Positions 44,655 to 55,420 of a DNA stretch of 64,000 nucleotides are shown piece after piece. The notes below the pieces were generated by a model. That model worked only from the letters and a program-made list of their open reading frames with translations. It had not been told where the DNA came from and made no database searches. Both the position numbers and the translations under genes were made by a program. This DNA is from Macrostomum lignano. Lineage: Eukaryota. The first letter of the stretch is position 1. Every line of letters begins with the position of its first letter. The stretch lies in the NCBI GenBank assembly GCA_002269645.1, contig NIVC01000366.1, positions 496,001 to 560,000 on the forward strand. Direction: 5' to 3'.

Positions 44655-45752
44655 GCCAGCACCAAGGGGCGCCAAGGGGCGCCAGCACCAAGGGGCGCCA
44701 GCACCAAAGGGGAGCCAGCACCAGGGGAGCCAGCACCAGGGGAGCCAGCACCAAGGGGCACCAGCACCAGGGGAGCCAGCACCAAGGGGCACCAGCACCA
44801 AGGGGCGCCAGCACCAAGGAGCGCCAGCACCAAGGGGCGCCAGCACCAAGGGGCGCCAGCACCAAGGGGCGCCAGCACCAGGGGAGCCAGCACCAGGGCA
44901 GCCAGCACCAGGGGAGCCAGCACCAGGGAAGCCAGCACCAGGGGAGCCAGCACCAGGGGAGCCAGCACCAGGGGCGCCAGCACCAAAGGGGCGCCAGCAC
45001 CAAGGGGCGCCAGCACCAAGGGGCGCCAGCACCAAGGGGCGCCAGCACCAGGGGAGCCAGCACCAGGGGCGCCAGCACCAGGGGAGCCAGCACCAGGGGC
45101 GCCAGCACCAGGGGAGCCAGCACCAGGGGCGCTAGCACCAGGGGCGCCAGAACCAGGGGAGCCAGCACCAGGGGCGCCAGCACCAGGGGCGCCAGAACCA
45201 GGATGGCAGCACCAGGGGCGCCAGCACCAGGGGCGCCAGCACCAGGGGCGCCAGCACCAGGGGCGCCAGCACCAGGGGCGCCAGCACCAGGGGCGCCAGC
45301 ACCAGGGGCGCCAGCACCAGGGGCGCCAGCACCAGGGGCGCCAGCACCAGGGGCGCCAGCACCAGGGGCGCCAGCACCAGGGGCGCCAGCACCAGGGGCG
45401 CCAGCACCAGGGGCGCCAGCACCAGGGGCGCCAGCACCAGGGGCGCCAGCACCAGGGGCGCCAGCACCAGGGGCGCCAGCACCAGGGGCGCCAGCACCAG
45501 GGGCGCCAGCACCAGGGGCGCCAGCACCAGGGGCGCCAGCACCAGGGGCGCCAGCACCAGGGGCGCCAGCACTAGGGGCGCCAGCACCAGGGGCGCCAGA
45601 ACCAAAAGGGGCGCCAGCACCAAGGGGCACCAGCACCAAAGGGGCGCCAGCACCAAAGGGGCGCCAGCACCAAAGGGGCGCCAGCACCAAAGGGGCGCCA
45701 GCACCAAAGGGGCGCCAGCACCAAAGGGGCGCCAGCACCAAAGGGGCGCCAG
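44655..45752 (+). repeat. 15/16-bp GC-rich array (CCAGCACCAGGGGCG)
   Basis: About 70 units. Confidence 0.97.
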
Positions 45753-46124
45753 CAGCGGTACTCGTAGCAGATCATTCACTGCTACCCAATTCTCCTTGCC
45801 TGTCCATGAGTGTGTTGGTATCTCATGCAGTGTGCTAAATTGAGACTACAATTCAGACACGGAACTGTAACGGTTTATCAACCAGCAAAGAACGGGTCTG
45901 TCGTATCGGAATGACAATAAAAAATCTGCTTGCAGTCCTGCAGTAGCACGGAAGCGGATATTTTGAAACTCAAAGCTGTAGATGTCTGAAAATTGTGACA
46001 GTTTAAATTGCAGTAGCTATTTTTAAGAAAACTAAGATAATTCTGTCTGCTTCCTATCAGTACTTGAATAATCAAATACAGCCACAGGGCAAAATGAACC
46101 ACAGCGTAATCTGGCAATAGTTAT

Positions 46125-46652
46125 GGCGTCCCCTTGGTGCTGGCGCCCTTTAGTTATGGCGCCCCTTGGTGCTGGCGCCCCTTGGTGCTGGCGCCCCTGG
46201 TGCTGGCGCCCCTGGTGCTGGCGCCCCTGGTGCTGGCGCCCCTGGTGCTGGCGCCCCTGGTGCTGGCGCCCCTGGTGCTGGCGCCCCTGGTGCTGGCGCC
46301 CCTGGTGCTGGCGCCCCTGGTGCTGGCGCCCCTGGTGCTGGCGCCCCTGGTGCTGGCGCCCCTGGTGCTGGCGCCCCTGGTGCTGGCGCCCCTGGTGCTG
46401 GCGCCCCTGGTGCTGGCGCCCCTGGTGCTGGCGCCCCTGGTGCTGGCGCCCCTGGTGCTGGCGCCCCTGGTGCTGGCGCCCCTGGTGCTGGCGCCCCTGG
46501 TGCTGGCTCCCCTGGTGCTGGCTCCCCTGGTGCTGGCGCCCCTTTGGTGCTGGCGCCCCTTTGGTGCTGGCGCCCCTTTGGTGCTGGCGCCCCTTGGTGC
46601 TGGCGCCCCTTGGTGCTGGCGCCCCTTTGGTGCTGGCCCTCCTTTGGTGCTG
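46125..46652 (-). repeat. Same 15-bp array in inverted orientation
   Basis: (CGCCCCTGGTGCTGG)n, about 35 units. Confidence 0.97.
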
Positions 46653-46834
46653 GCACCGAGTCGTACTGTCCACAGTCGGTACAGGATAACGATAACTCCC
46701 TCTCTCTCGCCCTTGTGACGCAGCTTCCTGCTGAAAATGTCTTGGTCTGCTCTTGGCATTTCCTGGAATCGGACTTCATCACCGATTATGATCAACTATA
46801 TGCTCAACAGCACTAAATTGATTGATTCTAATTT

Positions 46835-47103
46835 GAGGGCGTCGCACCCAGGATGGACAACAGGGGGGACATGCCCCCTCCCTGTAAAAGCTATTAAACC
46901 AATGCTTTGTCCCCCCGTGAGCCGTTCATGTGGCTTCAGGGCGTCAAAGTGATTGTCTGCGGCGCCAAAATGAGTGCTAACAACACCGATTCTCATAATA
47001 ATGTTACACGTAGGAATTTAGTCATGTACATACAAAATTATTGGCGTTGTCCCTAATCCACAATTTTATCTCCAAGCATGCAAAATTCATTGCGTCGCCC
47101 CTG
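46835..47103. mobile_element. hAT-type MITE
   Basis: Imperfect TIR GAGGGCGTCGCA / TGCGTCGCCCCTG; related to 44110-44273. No clear TSD. Confidence 0.55.
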
Positions 47104-48962
47104 TGGGTTGCCATTTAATTTTTAAGAGCCACCAACACTCATTGATGCTACACATGTGCGACTGTATAGTATACTATAGTGGCCGAGTTAATTTCGGTCT
47201 AAATTTAGCATGCAGATGAAGACATTTTTGCTTGTTATAATTGAATGCATTTTTTATCCTGCTTTTTAACCTGTCGGGGCTCCATACAAGTATTTGCCCA
47301 TCTGTCACATCCACAGACAGATCTGTGCTGATGCTATAGCGCAGCATGACAAAATCACAATATTTCGGTCATGCACTTGCAAAAAGGGTTAACAAAACAA
47401 ATATTAAAGCTGACAGCACTGACAGAGTCTGAAATTTCTGAAGCCTATATTTTTGCAAATTGTGTGTTCATTATTAATGTTTTTTTTCGTTCCGGAGTCT
47501 ATAGGGTTGGGTGGAAACTATAACAAGGCAAAGGAAATAAAAGCCAAGTTCAGGACAGGCAGGAGCTCTGGCTGCACTGACTAGGCACTTACGCACCTAA
47601 AAAAAACAAAAAAAAATAATAATTCATGCACAACTCCCTGTGCCTGACCAATTTTAGCCACATGCACAAGCCCCAAATGAATATTGGCCGCTAACGGAAT
47701 CGAACCAAGAATTAGAGCGAGACTCAGACGCGTTTTACCGCTGACCTGCTCTCTCTACTCAACACCCCTCCCTACTCTACCGTACAGTAGCTGCTGCAGA
47801 TGAGTAGCGAAGAGCGCGCAAATTTCAAAAACAAAAATATTTTCGCGTCGCACAGCGAATCACAATGAATGAGTTCAGGCGGAACTGTGTGCTGCTCAAG
47901 CAGACTAACTGCAACCGTTTCTGGACCAGCCATGCCAATGGCAATAACAACAACAATAACAATAAAAAACGGCCATTGCAGCGCACGGAAGCAAAAAAAT
48001 GACTCTGAAAATCAAGGACCTCTAAAAATTGCACCGCTGGACTGGAAGCCAGAACTTAGATTTTGACGCTTTTAATGCAGGGGCAAACGCGTTTTGTGCG
48101 TTTGCACAAATCTTAATTCTTAAAATGTGCTGTGACTCTTGGGGAGAATATCTGAGATGTCAAGGCTAAGGTCAGAAGCTACATGTAGTTTACTCAAATA
48201 TTTGTATTGCAAATTTGAAATTTGAAAATGATTATTGCACTAGATAAGAAAGGAACTACTGAACTAGCTGAGGAAATTTTGTATAGCTTGCTGGGGAGGG
48301 TACTTGCTATCAGAGGGATGCTTGCTGGGGAGAATTGCTGAGATGTCAAGTCTTGCTGGGGGGATTGCTAAGATGTCAATTGGCTTACTGGGGAATTGCT
48401 GAGATGTCAAGTCTTGGGGGGACTAGCTGAGATATAAAGGTTGAGGTCAGAAGTTTATTTAATAATTTTTATTACATTCTTTGTTAGCTCCCCAACGAGG
48501 GGGCTTAGATTGCTAATCTTAATTCTAAAAAAATTCAGCAACAAGGGTTGGCCATCTCACCAGTCAGGTTATTAACTATTTTATTATTTTCCATCACATG
48601 AGCCAGGGGTCGGCAAGCTCCGGCCCCCAGGCCACATATGCGGCCCGCAAAGCCTCTTCATCCGGCCCTCGCAGTGATTTGAAACTGCATGCACAATAGC
48701 AATCCGGCCCGCTCGATGTTTGTCTCTTCTCAGCGTTCTTCTCTCCCCTCTTCTTCTCTCCTCTCTCCTCTCCTCTCCCTTTCCTACTCTCCCTCTATCT
48801 TCTCTTTTCTACTCTCCTAACCAAATTCATCTCTCCTCTCCTCTCTCCTTATTGCTCCTTTATTCCCTCGCTTCTCCCTTCTCCTATCTCCCTTTTTTAT
48901 TCACTCTCATCTCCTCCTTCCTCCGGACGGCAATCATGCTCTAGGTTCTTTATCTGGCCCTT

Positions 48963-49826
48963 TGTAGAGTGTTCTACCTCCCGTTAAAAAAGGAAAAAAG
49001 AAGATAATCGTATAATACTACTATAAGTAAGTGAGTACACGCATGTGCGCCTAAGCTTTGAATGAATCACGCTACCAGAAAAAGATGTTACCAGAATAAT
49101 ACGCCATGAGCCATTTTCCCCTTTTAGCGCAACACGTGAATTGTCATGATACTATTTTGGATCAAAAACTTGTCTATAAATACAAGCGATCTGAAGCGGT
49201 ACCGGAGCCATTCTCCCCACGGAAGAGGAGCGCTCCGAAGAGGAAGCCTTAGGAGGACTTCCTGATCTACCAAGTCAATCGAGACTCGGTCGAGTTGTTG
49301 CGGTAAGCCTTCCTTATTTGCGCCCGTTGTGTTAGAGACGTCTCGCTCAAGTCTATTGAGACTTGAGTCTAATTGAGTCTGTTGAGACTCTTGAGTCTGT
49401 TTAGACTCCATTGGTTGCAGTCTCCAGAAGGACTGCCCCTGATAGATCTTAGAGGACTATCAGTGGTTTCCGGAGCTATACCTAGAGTGCATAGAGGCAC
49501 TGCTAGAAGAAGGAGGCTTAATTTAGACCGCAGTTTGGCGCAGGGTACCCATTGTTGCTACGAGGCCTCTGATTGGTCCTGACGGAAGATACCGGCCGGA
49601 AGAACTTATCGGAAGTACAAGAGGAACCAGGACCAGAGCAACTGAAGAATCAAGGCGCCTGATCTACGAGATCTACTGACAAGTTCCTAGCGAGAACTAC
49701 TCAAGAAATTCAAATCCGGATTAAAGGTAATTGAATACCTTCGTTTGACTTACTGGGTTGCCTAGCTGTTGAGCTAGAAGTGATTGTTCCTTGATTATCG
49801 AAAGTCGGGTAATAAGGAACACATCA
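48963..49826 (+). repeat. 5' LTR
   Basis: TGTAGAG...ACATCA. Only one substitution versus the 3' LTR was noticed by eye (49033 G vs 58782 A). Confidence 0.96.
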
Positions 49827-49828
49827 AT

Positions 49829-49846
49829 TGGTGATCTCGCCCTCTC
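49829..49846 (+). promoter_or_regulatory. Primer binding site (tRNA unassigned, tRNA-Trp-like)
   Basis: TGGTGATCTCG begins 2 nt after the LTR end. Confidence 0.6.
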
Positions 49847-50542
49847 GGCACTACTCAAACCTTGAGCAATAGCCTGGCCAAGCTATTGTAAAGTGACGAC
49901 AGAGCGACTTCATTAATTTTGCGCGCACGTGTTAGAGTTAACACTTTTTAAGTCCGTTACGTTTTGAAACTCGAGTAAAATTTGGTGTACAGGTTTGAGC
50001 ACCTGTCAAATTTGAGTACAGTTTGAGCACGCGTGTTAAAATTTTGTTTTGACGAGCTCGAGCAAGTGTGAGTTTAAAACAAAACCGAAATTAACTTCGT
50101 CGGTACACTGAAAACAAACCAAAAATAAAAAGAATCGTCGACGCAAAACAAACAAAAAATAACTGAAACATTTTGCCGGCACAAAAACTAAAACAAAACC
50201 GAAATTAATTGAAACTTCGTGGAGAGCAGAGTTAATTGACAAAAGAGAGAGAGTCAAAGAAGAGAAGAAAGACTTTGCAAAGCAAGAAGACAAGTCCACT
50301 TCAACTTGAAGATACACTTTGCGGGACGCCGCATAAGTGCGAAATCAGCAAGCGAACAGAACAAGTTCATTTGAGGACAACCAGTGGCAGCAAGCCACAC
50401 CGCATCCGAGGCCAGCGAATAACAAATCGACACCACAAGGCAATTCGTTACAGTCGAGGTTTATTCCGAGGCAAACACCACACTGGACGATCCGTTACAA
50501 ATCGATCCAGATCTTGAACTACCGTTCTACCCTATCAACAAC

Positions 50543-53500
50543 ATGGCGCGGCGCAATCCAACGGTACACAGAGACATCAAAGAAACGGTCGGTACTTTCT
50601 CGATGGAGAAAGATTTTAACACATTTGTCGACCATTTTGACCTGGTATGTAGGGAATACAACCTACAAAATCCAGAGAAGGCACAGCTGCTGCCACCTCT
50701 TCTCCAAGGTACTGCGCGAGAAATTTACGGCAAGCTGGATGCGGCAACACAGCAAAATTATCCAGCACTAATCATTCAACTGCGCGCGCATTTCAACCGT
50801 TGCGGCACAAACAGATCAGTGCTGCTGCACAAGTTGCATAACAGAAGGATGCAAGCAACAGAATCCTTCCTCGCCTTTGTGGACGATATCCGCCAGATAA
50901 TTAAGGCACTGCATCAGCCACCGCTGCAAGCTGCGGACCAACCACCACTGGGAGCGGCAGAATTGGCCGCCAGAGAAAGACAACGATTGATGGATCGTGA
51001 ACAAAACCTCATCCTGCACGTAATAAACAACGCACAGCCGTCACTTCGGGATAGACTTTTGCGTGAAAATATCGAAACCGAAGAAGACCTTTTGCGTTGC
51101 GGAATGCAATGGGAAGCCAGTGCCCCATTAATGACGACAGGCAACAATGAAGTGCAGAAACTGACGCAGCAACTAAACAAGTTAATGCAGCACCAGACAG
51201 CTGCTATCGCCGAACAAAAAAGACGAAATGAACAAGCCTCAGCCAGATGTTACTACTGCGGACAAGAAGGACATTATCAGATTAATTGTCCTCATTGGTC
51301 AACAAGATACGACAAGCCGCGACAGATATTCAACAATCAGAAGCCGCAGAAACCATGGCAGCACTATCAAAATCGCCAACAACAAGGAATGAGACGCTTC
51401 GGAAATGATAGACGCTTCGGAAATAATGACCGCTCCGGAAATGATGGCCGCTTCGGAAACGAAGGCCGCTTCAGAAGTAATGGCTACAGGCCACGCAACG
51501 TCAGATACACACAAAGACAGCCGACGCAAGCAATGCCACGATACGCGAATGCCATCACGTACACACCGGAAAATGAACAGCAAGAACAGCAAGTGTTCAC
51601 AATTGACGACTTGGAAATGGACTTCACAGTCCCGGAACTTGACATCAGCTTGATCGAAAAGAAGACGACGCACGAGGACAACACTGACAACACAGAAGAG
51701 ACGAATGAAACCGAAATGATCAAATTAAAAGAGACCACCGGAGACAGCAGAGAAAACAGGAAGAAAGTAAATCACAAGACAAGGGAGGAGGCGGAGAGCG
51801 ACATCGGCAACGAAGAAAAGATGAAAACCGGCGAAGAAAACAACTATGAATCGACAACAGTGGATGACGACAAAACGAGCATGAAAGACAAAGAAATGAA
51901 AGAAGAAGAAGAATGTAGAAGTTACGGCAACGACCACGACTGCGAGGTGCGTGATGACACGAACGACTACCAAGCCGAAAGAGGAATGCAGGAAGAACCG
52001 AGAGCGGAGAATCTAAGTTCCGACAGCGATCAAGGCTACGAAATACAATGGAAAGATGAAGAAATGGAAAAAGAACAGATGAAAGAAAAGCCGAGTTCCG
52101 ACAGCGACGAATGCTACGAGATCCGATACAAACGAAATGGTGAAGCCTATATTCAAACGGTCGACTACAAGACAGAGAAAAGATACCAAACGCAATGGAG
52201 TGAAACAACGGAAACATCGGAAGAAGCCGCAGACGAAGATAATGAAATAACCAAAAAGCAAAGCGAATCAGAAGCCTTCCGCCTGGATCAGCCAATGGAA
52301 CAACCGAAAGAATATGATGCGGACATGGAAGATAACGAATGGCGATCGCAGCCAATGCCAGCAAGGACAACGGCAAAATCCAAGAAGTGGAAAAACTGGC
52401 TATTCTGGATCATCGTGATACTACTGATAGCAGTAGTCGCCAAAGCAACGGCAACGGAAAAGCCAATGATTTGTCCAACGGATGCGCATATCCAACCGAT
52501 GATCTACAAGATACCAACCGACATCAAATGCAGTTACTTCAAGACAAACCAGACAAAACCAAAGAAGATTACACTCGATCTCTACAAGGCTAACATCAAG
52601 AAGCATCGACAACACGGGATAGTATGCTTCAGAGACAAGCACCTGGTGGAAAAAGTTTGGCGCGGACAATGGAACCGGATCCGATTTAAACAACATGAGC
52701 TACATGTGTCGCACGCGGAATGCCTACAATGGAATCAAACACTATTTTCAAAGGATGGTGAACTGGAACCAGATGAGAAGGTCGGCAACGCACAGCTGTT
52801 CAGAACAAAGAATTCAGCCAACGGTCGATATATTCACTTCTTCGGAAAATGGAAAGAATATATGGCACGCAACAGCTACTTGATCAGAAATATTCCATTC
52901 TACTACAATCCGTACGAGAAAATGGAATCGTTACAGCTGCAACTAAGCGAATGTCGATACAGTGAAGGATGGTGTCCAACGCCGATTCTACGGAAGGAAG
53001 AACTACACAGTCTACCACTGAGTCCAACATATCATCAAGACTATCGATGGCAGATTGAGCACAGAGCACAATCACACTATGAGGAACCGTACAAATCACG
53101 ACAATACTTCTTCGCGTGGGAAGTTGAGCCGGAAATTGACTGCAAGCTTCAAAAGTATCACACAGTTGAAGGAGGACTACTGTCAAATACGTTTTTGGCA
53201 AAGTCAGGAGACTTGGCACTGACGTTTCAAAAGAAACCAGTCGAGCAAAAACTGAAATGCAAGGATACAGACAAGACACTATTCATCTCGGAACAAGAGA
53301 TACCAGTCTACGTAAAGGATGAAGACAAACAAACCTTCTTGGCAATCATCAATGGAACGTATCAGCAACAAGAAAAACAGAATAGAAGACGACGTGACAT
53401 CGAACGTCCCAAACTGGTGTCAAACCGGCTGTTGTCAGCAAAGATAACGGCTTTGGATCACAATCTACACAACCAGTTAAACCACTTGCATCGAACACTG

Positions 53501-55420
53501 GTCCAGCTAACTTGCAAAATGCACGCAATCAACTTAAATTATGCCAGACAAAACTACTATGTCAACCCTACGATGACTTTTCGTAAAATCACCGGAATGA
53601 CGAACGTTTTGGCAGTTCCAATATACGAGCATCTGTTGATATACAAGTGCACGCCGATACAGCACTTTAACATCTTGCCGTCAAACACGTCAACAACCTG
53701 CTACGATAAGCCAAGGATTGAAGCGTTCTACGAAGGAAAACGAATTCAGGGATTCTTGGACACGGTACACAACATCATCGTTGGCACCGCAATACCGAGA
53801 CCTTGCACCACGGCAGTAAACTACTATCAACTGGACAATGCACTACACGTCATCAAAACAACTGGAACGACAGCAAACGTCACAGAACCGGAAGTAATCG
53901 TCGACGAAAACTACGACATGGAGGATTTGAAAATCCGATTCAACAGAACGAAGTATACGCCATTCGCCGATATCCAACTTGACGAGATAACACCAGGATG
54001 GACGATCAACGACTTCTTGCAAGCGTTCATCACCCAACGCAAGATGATTCACCAGCTGTTCACAAGAAAGGACAAAGGAACCGGGACAGGAAGATTTCCC
54101 GTCCTTGTTTCAATGGACAGCGCCATCAAATCATTTTGGACAAATAGCTTCTGGGAGCTGCTCAATGGAAGAGGCAGTCTCTATCAAGGATTCATCTTCT
54201 ACGGTGCTTGCATTGTGTGGATTGTCACGGCAATCTTCATCATTTCATCGATCGTACGGTGCTTCAGTCAAACTTGTCCAAGAGCTAAGAAGACAGTGAA
54301 TGCCATAATGCAAAGAACGACAACGGAAAGCGACAACAGTTTAGAACTAACAGAAACTGCACATTGTGAGGTTCAAGGGCAACCGACACTAGCAACGCGG
54401 CTATATCCATCGATTCCGACAACACCAACGGCACCAAGGATACAACCACCCAACTATCAAGCAGAACAGCACGAGCCAAAATGGCCGGAAAACTACGTCT
54501 GTACGCTACACGCCGAGATTGGCAAAGCAATGGCTCAGGTCATTGTCAACAACTTGCCATGTCGAGCACTACTGGATTCAGGCAGCTCGATCACAGTCAT
54601 CTCGCAACAATTATGCAACAAGCTACGACTCGCGGTACGACCAGCAGCAATCGCAGTTGCAGGAGCAGGAGGACATTCACTCAACATCCTAGGAAAAGCA
54701 GATATCGACTTGAAAATTGCTAATAAACAGCTGACGGTCCCGACGTACATCATCGACAGACTACCAAACCAAGACGTCATCGTTGGAATCGACACGTTCA
54801 AGCAGCTTCAACTACCATTGACCTTCGACTTCAACAAGCAAACGTTTAGGATCGACACGGTGGAGCAACCGCTGATCAACCAGATTCGAGTACTACCGAA
54901 AGTAACTCTGCAGCAAGATGTCATTATCCAGCCTGAAAGCGCATGCTGGGTCAGAGCGAAAACGACCAGCGCGGCAGATGAAGCAATGATATTTGATCCA
55001 CACAGGAGAGTCACGGCAAAACATCAAATCATGATGCCTACGGCACTAGTGCTGGTTGCAAAGGATAAGCAACTGCCAGTACAAATCTTCAACCCGAACA
55101 CAGAAACGGTTCATCTACGACAAGGAATGTGCATCGGTCATCTCAACACCCAAGCATCGGTTATGCTGATTGAACAAGCGACTCCACGACTAACAGAGGA
55201 AGAATTTCAAAAGAAGATCAATTTGGATGACAGCCCGATTACGGAACAGCAAAAGAGGAAAGTTCGACAGCTGTTGTGGAAGTACAACGAAGCCTTCTGC
55301 CATCATGATTACGACATCGGACGCCAAGGACATCAAACAGGAAATCAAACTTCTGCCGCACACGGAACCAATTCAGTGCAAGCCGTACCCGATCGCCAAG
55401 CATCTGCAACAACACTTTGA
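50543..55420 (+). CDS. Gag - acidic linker - Env-like class III glycoprotein - aspartic protease polyprotein (1625 aa)
   Basis: Gypsy capsid; CCHC knuckle CYYCGQEGHYQINC (51248); hydrophobic signal/TM (52397-52453); Cys-rich ectodomain with six NxS/T sequons and RRRR (53384); TM anchor (54191-54256); LLDSGS protease (54575). Confidence 0.9.
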   Translation: MARRNPTVHRDIKETVGTFSMEKDFNTFVDHFDLVCREYNLQNPEKAQLLPPLLQGTAREIYGKLDAATQQNYPALIIQLRAHFNRCGTNRSVLLHKLHNRRMQATESFLAFVDDIRQIIKALHQPPLQAADQPPLGAAELAARERQRLMDREQNLILHVINNAQPSLRDRLLRENIETEEDLLRCGMQWEASAPLMTTGNNEVQKLTQQLNKLMQHQTAAIAEQKRRNEQASARCYYCGQEGHYQINCPHWSTRYDKPRQIFNNQKPQKPWQHYQNRQQQGMRRFGNDRRFGNNDRSGNDGRFGNEGRFRSNGYRPRNVRYTQRQPTQAMPRYANAITYTPENEQQEQQVFTIDDLEMDFTVPELDISLIEKKTTHEDNTDNTEETNETEMIKLKETTGDSRENRKKVNHKTREEAESDIGNEEKMKTGEENNYESTTVDDDKTSMKDKEMKEEEECRSYGNDHDCEVRDDTNDYQAERGMQEEPRAENLSSDSDQGYEIQWKDEEMEKEQMKEKPSSDSDECYEIRYKRNGEAYIQTVDYKTEKRYQTQWSETTETSEEAADEDNEITKKQSESEAFRLDQPMEQPKEYDADMEDNEWRSQPMPARTTAKSKKWKNWLFWIIVILLIAVVAKATATEKPMICPTDAHIQPMIYKIPTDIKCSYFKTNQTKPKKITLDLYKANIKKHRQHGIVCFRDKHLVEKVWRGQWNRIRFKQHELHVSHAECLQWNQTLFSKDGELEPDEKVGNAQLFRTKNSANGRYIHFFGKWKEYMARNSYLIRNIPFYYNPYEKMESLQLQLSECRYSEGWCPTPILRKEELHSLPLSPTYHQDYRWQIEHRAQSHYEEPYKSRQYFFAWEVEPEIDCKLQKYHTVEGGLLSNTFLAKSGDLALTFQKKPVEQKLKCKDTDKTLFISEQEIPVYVKDEDKQTFLAIINGTYQQQEKQNRRRRDIERPKLVSNRLLSAKITALDHNLHNQLNHLHRTLVQLTCKMHAINLNYARQNYYVNPTMTFRKITGMTNVLAVPIYEHLLIYKCTPIQHFNILPSNTSTTCYDKPRIEAFYEGKRIQGFLDTVHNIIVGTAIPRPCTTAVNYYQLDNALHVIKTTGTTANVTEPEVIVDENYDMEDLKIRFNRTKYTPFADIQLDEITPGWTINDFLQAFITQRKMIHQLFTRKDKGTGTGRFPVLVSMDSAIKSFWTNSFWELLNGRGSLYQGFIFYGACIVWIVTAIFIISSIVRCFSQTCPRAKKTVNAIMQRTTTESDNSLELTETAHCEVQGQPTLATRLYPSIPTTPTAPRIQPPNYQAEQHEPKWPENYVCTLHAEIGKAMAQVIVNNLPCRALLDSGSSITVISQQLCNKLRLAVRPAAIAVAGAGGHSLNILGKADIDLKIANKQLTVPTYIIDRLPNQDVIVGIDTFKQLQLPLTFDFNKQTFRIDTVEQPLINQIRVLPKVTLQQDVIIQPESACWVRAKTTSAADEAMIFDPHRRVTAKHQIMMPTALVLVAKDKQLPVQIFNPNTETVHLRQGMCIGHLNTQASVMLIEQATPRLTEEEFQKKINLDDSPITEQQKRKVRQLLWKYNEAFCHHDYDIGRQGHQTGNQTSAAHGTNSVQAVPDRQASATTL

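Noticed and set aside
44600-46816. Collagen/elastin-like GAPGA, VLAPL and QGRQH ORFs
   Set aside because: Open in several frames on both strands because the unit is 15 bp; no splice or start context.
47800-48066. Short N-rich ORFs near 47.9 kb
   Set aside because: Could be an exon, but no family or consistent splice partner could be supported.
49124-49411. 95-aa antisense ORF in both LTRs (also 58873-59160)
   Set aside because: No recognisable domain; its duplication simply reflects LTR identity.
55315-55330. Programmed ribosomal frameshift between ORF1 and RT
   Set aside because: No slippery heptamer or Ty3-type +1 site, and it falls at the start of RT rather than at a gag/pol junction; an indel is more likely.
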